From NCBI GenBank assembly GCA_027306845.1, contig DAHUYY010000001.1, positions 1 to 29,346 on the forward strand: a stretch of DNA of 29,346 nucleotides, in the 5' to 3' direction. The DNA comes from Vulcanimicrobiota bacterium. Lineage in GTDB: Bacteria; Vulcanimicrobiota; Vulcanimicrobiia; Vulcanimicrobiales; Vulcanimicrobiaceae. Positions 24,775 to 29,346 of the stretch are shown piece after piece. The position numbers were made by a program, and so were the translations under genes. Position 1 is the first letter of the stretch. Each line of letters opens with the position of its first letter. The notes beneath the pieces are model-generated. The model had not been told where the DNA came from and did not search any database. It saw only the letters and a program-made list of their open reading frames with translations.

Positions 24775-25374
24775 ATGCTCACCGATTTGCTCGCGGAGAC
24801 CGGCACGCACCTCGAAATCGCGGGAGCGGCGCTTGCAATAGCGGTCGTGGTGGGGGTACCGCTGGCACTGCTGACGGCAAAGACACGCTTCGTGCGCACG
24901 GCGACGCTGGGCGGGGTCGGCATCGCGCGGAGCCTACCCACGATCGCCGTGCTTGCTTTGCTGCTCCCGTGGCTTGGCGTCGGGCGCCTGCCCGCGATCG
25001 TGGCGCTCGCGCTGCTCGCACTTCCCCCCATCGCTATCTCCGTCGATGCCGGGATGCGCTCGCTCCCGGCGGCGCAACGCGAACTCGCCGACGCCCTCGG
25101 CCTCGGCGCCCGGACGCGTTTTTTGCGGATCGAGATTCCGGCGACGGCACCGCTTGCACTCGCCGGGCTTCGCACGGCCGGAGTCGAGTGTATCGCCAGT
25201 GCGACGCTGGCAACGTTTATCGGCGGGGGCGGGCTCGGCGACGGCATCGTGCGCGGCTTGCAGACCGGGAACGCAACGCTGTTATTGCTGACGGCTGCAA
25301 CCGTCGCCGCGCTCGCAGTCGCCGTCGATGCCGCGCTCTCGCTGGCGCTCCGCAGCGTCGAGGCATGGAGCTGA
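24775..25374 (+). CDS. Osmoprotectant/betaine-type ABC permease (OpuBB/YehW-like)
   Basis: 199 aa; PTIAVLALL, ALLALPPI, ALGLG...RFLRIEIP, ATFIGGGGLGD.I..G. Confidence 0.87.
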   Translation: MLTDLLAETGTHLEIAGAALAIAVVVGVPLALLTAKTRFVRTATLGGVGIARSLPTIAVLALLLPWLGVGRLPAIVALALLALPPIAISVDAGMRSLPAAQRELADALGLGARTRFLRIEIPATAPLALAGLRTAGVECIASATLATFIGGGGLGDGIVRGLQTGNATLLLLTAATVAALAVAVDAALSLALRSVEAWS

Positions 25375-26240
25375 TGCAGCGCCGGGCTGCGCTCGCGACG
25401 ATCGGCGGAGCACTCGCACTCGTGCGTTGTTCGCCGAGCCCCACGCTCCGCGTCGGGTCGAAGAATTTCGAAGAATCGATTCTCCTCGCCGAACTTTACG
25501 CACAGACGCTCGAAGGTGTCGGCATTACCGTCGACCGTCGCTTCAACCTCGGTTCGACGCAGATCGCTCTCGCGGCGTTGGAACGCGGCGATATCGATTG
25601 CTATCCCGAATATACCGGCACGGCGCTTATCGACGTCCTCCACCACGCACCAATGCGCGACGGTGCGGCGGTTCTTGCGATTCTCCGAACGGCATTTACA
25701 TCGCGATATCGCGCTACGTGGTTAACCCCTGCGCCGATGAACGATTCGCAAGCCCTTGCGACGACGCGGGAGATATCGCGGCGCCTCAATCTCACCACGC
25801 TGACCGAATGTTCGCACCTTGCACCGCATCTGCGCCTCGCTACGATTCAAGAGTTTCTCGCGCGCCCCGACGGGCTGCCCGGTCTGCAGCATTTTTATGG
25901 CGGCTTCGAATTTCAATCGGTTCGTACGTACGATATCGCGCTAAAGTATGAAGCCTTGCTGACCGGTAAGGCCGATGTCGCGACCGCATTTAGTACCGAC
26001 GGAGCGATCGCGGCCCACGGGCTCGTCCTCTTACGCGACGACCGCCATTTCTGGCCGGCCTACCATGTCGCGCCGGTGGTTCGAACGGCGGCGCTCGCGC
26101 GGTTCCCGCGCATGCGTTCCGCCCTCGACGCGCTCTCCGCCCGCCTCTCGACTACGGCGGTCGCGGCGATGAACGAGCGCGTCGAATCCGCACAAATGAG
26201 CCCTGCAACTGTAGCGCGCGCCTTCCTTCACCCGCAGTGA
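25374..26240 (+). CDS. Glycine betaine/choline-family ABC substrate-binding protein (OpuCC/OsmX/EgtU-like)
   Basis: TGATG-coupled start (288 aa; ATG 25365 is an alternative); GSKNFEE, YPEYTGT, EF..RPDG, FSTDG, DD..F.P.Y...PVVR. Confidence 0.87.
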   Translation: MQRRAALATIGGALALVRCSPSPTLRVGSKNFEESILLAELYAQTLEGVGITVDRRFNLGSTQIALAALERGDIDCYPEYTGTALIDVLHHAPMRDGAAVLAILRTAFTSRYRATWLTPAPMNDSQALATTREISRRLNLTTLTECSHLAPHLRLATIQEFLARPDGLPGLQHFYGGFEFQSVRTYDIALKYEALLTGKADVATAFSTDGAIAAHGLVLLRDDRHFWPAYHVAPVVRTAALARFPRMRSALDALSARLSTTAVAAMNERVESAQMSPATVARAFLHPQ

Positions 26241-27037
26241 GCATCGAACCGCCTTACGCGCTTCGCTTCGATCGCGCGTCGGTACGCTTCCCCGGAGCGG
26301 CGGTGCTTGCGCTCGATCGAATATCGCTGCAGGTTGAACCGGGAGAGCTCCTCACGATCGTCGGCGCATCGGGATCGGGGAAGAGCACGCTCTTACGGTG
26401 CGTGAATCGTCTCGTCGAACTCTGCGACGGTCGCATCGAGATCGACGGCATCGATATTGAGAGCGTCGCCATCGATCCACTTCGCAGAACGATCGGCTAC
26501 GCGATCCAAGGCGTCGGCCTTTTCGCTCATCTCACCGTCGCCGAAAACCTCGCCCTCGTGCCGGAAGCCTTGGGTTGGCCGCGCGCGCGCATCGACACGC
26601 GCATCGATGAGATGCTTGCAAGGGTACGCCTCGATCCGGCGATCTATCGCAAACGACGCCCGCGCGCCCTATCGGGAGGGCAGGCCCAACGCGTTGGAAT
26701 CGCTCGCGCCCTCATAGCGTATCCGCGATTATTGCTGCTCGACGAGCCATTCGGCGCGGTCGACCCGATTCTGCGCCCGCAACTCCAGGCCGAGTTACTC
26801 GGCGTGTTACGCGAAGCGCACACAACGACGTTGTTCGTAACCCACGACGTCGATGAGGCGCTCTTCCTAGGAGAGCGTGTCGCCGTTATCCACGAAGGCC
26901 GCTTGCGCGCGATCGGCACGCCGCGCGCGATGCTCGACCGACCACCCGACGCCTTCACCGCCGATCTTCTTTGCGGCGACGCCCTCCTGCACGAGTACCG
27001 TCGGGCCCGCCTCGCGGAACGCGAACCGCGTTCGTGA
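26237..27037 (+). CDS. ABC ATP-binding protein of the osmoprotectant family (no CBS domains)
   Basis: 266 aa; GASGSGKS, LRRTIGYAIQ..GLF.H, LSGGQAQR, LLLDEPFGAVDP, FVTHD.DEA. Confidence 0.9.
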   Translation: MSIEPPYALRFDRASVRFPGAAVLALDRISLQVEPGELLTIVGASGSGKSTLLRCVNRLVELCDGRIEIDGIDIESVAIDPLRRTIGYAIQGVGLFAHLTVAENLALVPEALGWPRARIDTRIDEMLARVRLDPAIYRKRRPRALSGGQAQRVGIARALIAYPRLLLLDEPFGAVDPILRPQLQAELLGVLREAHTTTLFVTHDVDEALFLGERVAVIHEGRLRAIGTPRAMLDRPPDAFTADLLCGDALLHEYRRARLAEREPRS

Positions 27038-27627
27038 TTCCAGCAATCGCAGCCCATATCGCGCTCTGCTCAACCGCCGTCGCTATAGCTACGGCCATCG
27101 CGCTCCCCATGGCTCTCGTGCTCGCCGATCGCCCGATAATAGAACGGCCGCTCTCCGCGCTATTAGGGGCGCTGTACACGATCCCATCGCTTGCACTGCT
27201 CGCGGTTCTCGTGCAATGGGTGGGCCTCGGAAACACGAGCGTCGAAATCGCGCTCGTCACCTATGCGCTCTACGCAATCTTCCGCAGCACCGTCGCCGGC
27301 GTTCGTGCGATTCCATTCGAGCAGCGAGAGATTGCAACTGCGCTCGGGCTGCCGCGTTGGAAACGTCGGATACGCATCGAACTCCCGCTCGCGTTTCCGG
27401 CTATTCTCTCCGGGCTCCGTATCGCTACCCTCGGAAGCATCGCGCTTGCAACTTTAGGCGGCTACGTCGGCGGAAGCGGACTCGGCGCACTGCTCTTTAC
27501 CGGGTTCGCTCTACAAAACCGCGCGATGCTCGTGCAAGGAGCGCTCGGAGTCGTAGCGATCGCGCTGTGCAGCGAGCTTGGCTTCCGTTCGATCGAACGC
27601 GTCGCGCGTCTGCGCACGAGCGCGTGA
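27034..27627 (+). CDS. Second osmoprotectant-type ABC permease
   Basis: GTGA-coupled start (197 aa); YTIPSLALL, ALGL...RIRIELPLA, LGGYVGGSGLG. Confidence 0.87.
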   Translation: MIPAIAAHIALCSTAVAIATAIALPMALVLADRPIIERPLSALLGALYTIPSLALLAVLVQWVGLGNTSVEIALVTYALYAIFRSTVAGVRAIPFEQREIATALGLPRWKRRIRIELPLAFPAILSGLRIATLGSIALATLGGYVGGSGLGALLFTGFALQNRAMLVQGALGVVAIALCSELGFRSIERVARLRTSA

Positions 27628-27645
27628 ACGCCGAGAGGTTTGAAC

Positions 27646-28638
27646 TTACCCGTCGTCGCGACGCTCCAAAAGGACCAACGCAAAGCCGGCGTCATCGTCG
27701 GGCATGTACGTCCGTTCGTCAAAACCACTATCGGCGGCGAGGCTACAGAGCTCCTCACGGGTGAATTTATGCGACGATTCGATGTGAATGCGCTCGCCCT
27801 CGGCAAAACCTATCGCTCCGCGGCCATTTCCCAGCGCATAGCTCGCTGCGCGCTCGGCGATAAGATACGCTTCGATGCTCCCTGTGGAATCGTCGAAAAT
27901 CGCCACATGGCGAAAATTCCCGACCGCGATCTCGGCACCGAGCTCGCGGTTCACGCGTGCGAGAACGTTCTTCGAAAACGCCGCCGTCACCCCGATCGGG
28001 TCGTTATAGGCGCGTTCCATGGCTTCGCGATTTTTCCGAAGATCGACCCCAAGTAAGAGCAAATCGTGGGGAGTGAGGGCGGCATAGATCGCGCGAAGAA
28101 GCTCGCAGCCGCGTCGGCCGGGGTAATTGCCTAAATTCGAGCCCAAGAAAAGGGCAAGCGTTCTCGGTTGCCGCGGCACGTCGGCCAGCACTTGAAAATA
28201 GTCGCCGACGAGCGCATCGACGGCGATCTGAGGATAGCGTTTGAGTAGTTGCACGGCAGCAGCGCGGATCGCGCCGAGCGATATATCGATCGCCGTATAG
28301 CGCACATTTTCATATTTTGCAATTGCCGCTTCGATCAACAGGTGCGTTTTTTCGGAGCTTCCGCTACCCAACTCGAGCAGGCGCGGCGCTCCCCCGACCG
28401 TTGCTACGATCGTCGCCGCATATTGCTTCAATAATGCAATCTCCCTTCGTGGAAGATCGTACTCGGGGAGCAAAACAATTGCCTCAAAAAGCGCCGAGCC
28501 CAGGGCGTCGTAAAGATATTTTGACGGGATCGATTTTTGCGACGCGCGCAGACCGCTAAGCACGTCGCGCTCGAAATCTTCGGCGACATGATTTTCCCAA
28601 ATACGCTCGCGATAACGGTCGGCGAGATTTTCGTGCAT
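27646..28638 (-). CDS. egtD: EgtD-like SAM-dependent amino-acid N-alpha-methyltransferase (Methyltransf_33)
   Basis: 330 aa from ATG 28638 (TGATG overlap with the permease stop); K.IPSKYLYD..GS.LF, PEY, LELGSGSSEKT, FLGSNLGN, AYND..GVTAAF, ESSHKF. The symbol denotes family only; substrate may differ. Confidence 0.85.
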   Translation of the reverse strand: MHENLADRYRERIWENHVAEDFERDVLSGLRASQKSIPSKYLYDALGSALFEAIVLLPEYDLPRREIALLKQYAATIVATVGGAPRLLELGSGSSEKTHLLIEAAIAKYENVRYTAIDISLGAIRAAAVQLLKRYPQIAVDALVGDYFQVLADVPRQPRTLALFLGSNLGNYPGRRGCELLRAIYAALTPHDLLLLGVDLRKNREAMERAYNDPIGVTAAFSKNVLARVNRELGAEIAVGNFRHVAIFDDSTGSIEAYLIAERAASYALGNGRGAIGFAEGERIHIESSHKFTREELCSLAADSGFDERTYMPDDDAGFALVLLERRDDG

Positions 28639-29346
28639 CACGTTTTTGGTTCCGGCCGCAGCAACGAACGATGAAAACCGTAGAGAAAATAGACCGCGAG
28701 ACCCACGACGAACCAAGCCGCAAAACGTAGCCAGGTGGGTAGCGATAGGCCGGTAATGAGGTAGATGCAACCGAGAGCTCCTAAGACGGTAAACACCGGT
28801 GCGAGCGGAGCGCGGAACGGCCGCGGTGCGTTCGGTTCGACAATGCGCAGCACCAAGACGCCGGCACAAACGATCGCAAACGCCGAAAGCGTTCCGATGT
28901 TTACAAAATCAAGGAGCGTGGAGAGCGGCAAGACCGCCGCGAGGGCGGCAACGATAACGCCGGTGATAACCGTCATTCGTGCCGGAGTTCTAAAGACAGG
29001 GTGGATGCGCGCGACACCCGGCGGCAGCATGCGATCCCGCGCCATCACGTAGAAAATACGAATCTGTCCGAGCAGCGACGTCAGCATGACCGTCGTGTTG
29101 CCGGCGACGCCGCCGAAGGCAACGATTGCATAGACGGCATTATCGTGCGAGACATTACCTAGGGCGTCGAGCATCGCTGCACCCTCGGAGAGACGCCCGT
29201 ACGGCATCGCCCCTACCGTGGCGTACGCAATTGCTACGTACAAAATCCCGCCGATGGCGAGTGCGAGAAGAATACCGATAGGAACGTGACGTTTGGGTTC
29301 GTGGGCTTCTTCCGATGCCACCGTGACCGTATCGAAACCGATGTAC
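28638..29346 (-). CDS. APC-family amino-acid permease, partial (5' end beyond the window)
   Basis: The frame is open to the right edge: YIGFDTVTVASEEAHEPKR, GQIRIFYVMARD.MLP, P.F.TP, GTL.AF..V, RPFRAP. Confidence 0.92.
   Translation of the reverse strand, partial: YIGFDTVTVASEEAHEPKRHVPIGILLALAIGGILYVAIAYATVGAMPYGRLSEGAAMLDALGNVSHDNAVYAIVAFGGVAGNTTVMLTSLLGQIRIFYVMARDRMLPPGVARIHPVFRTPARMTVITGVIVAALAAVLPLSTLLDFVNIGTLSAFAIVCAGVLVLRIVEPNAPRPFRAPLAPVFTVLGALGCIYLITGLSLPTWLRFAAWFVVGLAVYFLYGFHRSLLRPEPKT

Noticed and set aside
24486-26240. 584-aa fused ORF in the track
   Set aside because: The N-terminal ~295 codons overlap ppk1 antisense and the permease in another frame and are Arg-rich nonsense; only the part from 25374 (or 25365) is protein-like.
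205-29052. The many other long overlapping ORFs in the track (e.g. 10260-11240 +, 12784-13758 -, 21427-22305 +, 24543-25646 -)
   Set aside because: Antisense or alternate-frame shadows of well-supported genes, expected at high GC; Arg/Ala/Pro-rich with no family motifs.

Overview
A GC-rich (about 60-65% by eye) bacterial chromosomal segment, densely coding and mostly metabolic or envelope-related. The style of its secreted proteins (LAGCGGG lipoprotein, large Cys-containing TonB-dependent receptor with an N-terminal carboxypeptidase-regulatory-like domain) suggests Candidatus Eremiobacterota, but this is inference only. Left to right: a partial YafY-type HTH(-WYL) regulator divergent from a VOC gene with a palindromic operator between them; a minus-strand run (VTT/DedA protein, rnd, acnA, PLP-dependent histidine/serine-decarboxylase-family enzyme, ACT protein, doubly broken TMEM175-family channel); a Mo/W ABC importer; two uncharacterised secreted proteins; a divergent RpiB-like protein; a NUDT19-like Nudix gene overlapping a LACTB2-like MBL gene; a short AT-rich islet; an MDR oxidoreductase; bolA-grxD-sulfurtransferase; a cupin; an EVE protein; a TonB-dependent receptor that appears to start at CTG; ppk1; a betaine-type ABC importer converging on an orphan EgtD-like methyltransferase coupled to an APC amino-acid permease. 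No rRNA, tRNA, CRISPR array, transposase or phage gene was recognised. The most unusual signals: (1) two copies of an ~90-bp REP-like inverted doublet whose termini are amplified into short tandem arrays; (2) an EgtD homologue without egtB, with an altered side-chain pocket, flanked by two transport systems; (3) a probable CTG start codon; (4) a TMEM175 gene with both a frameshift and an in-frame amber codon. All alignments were done by eye against remembered reference sequences; no searches were run.
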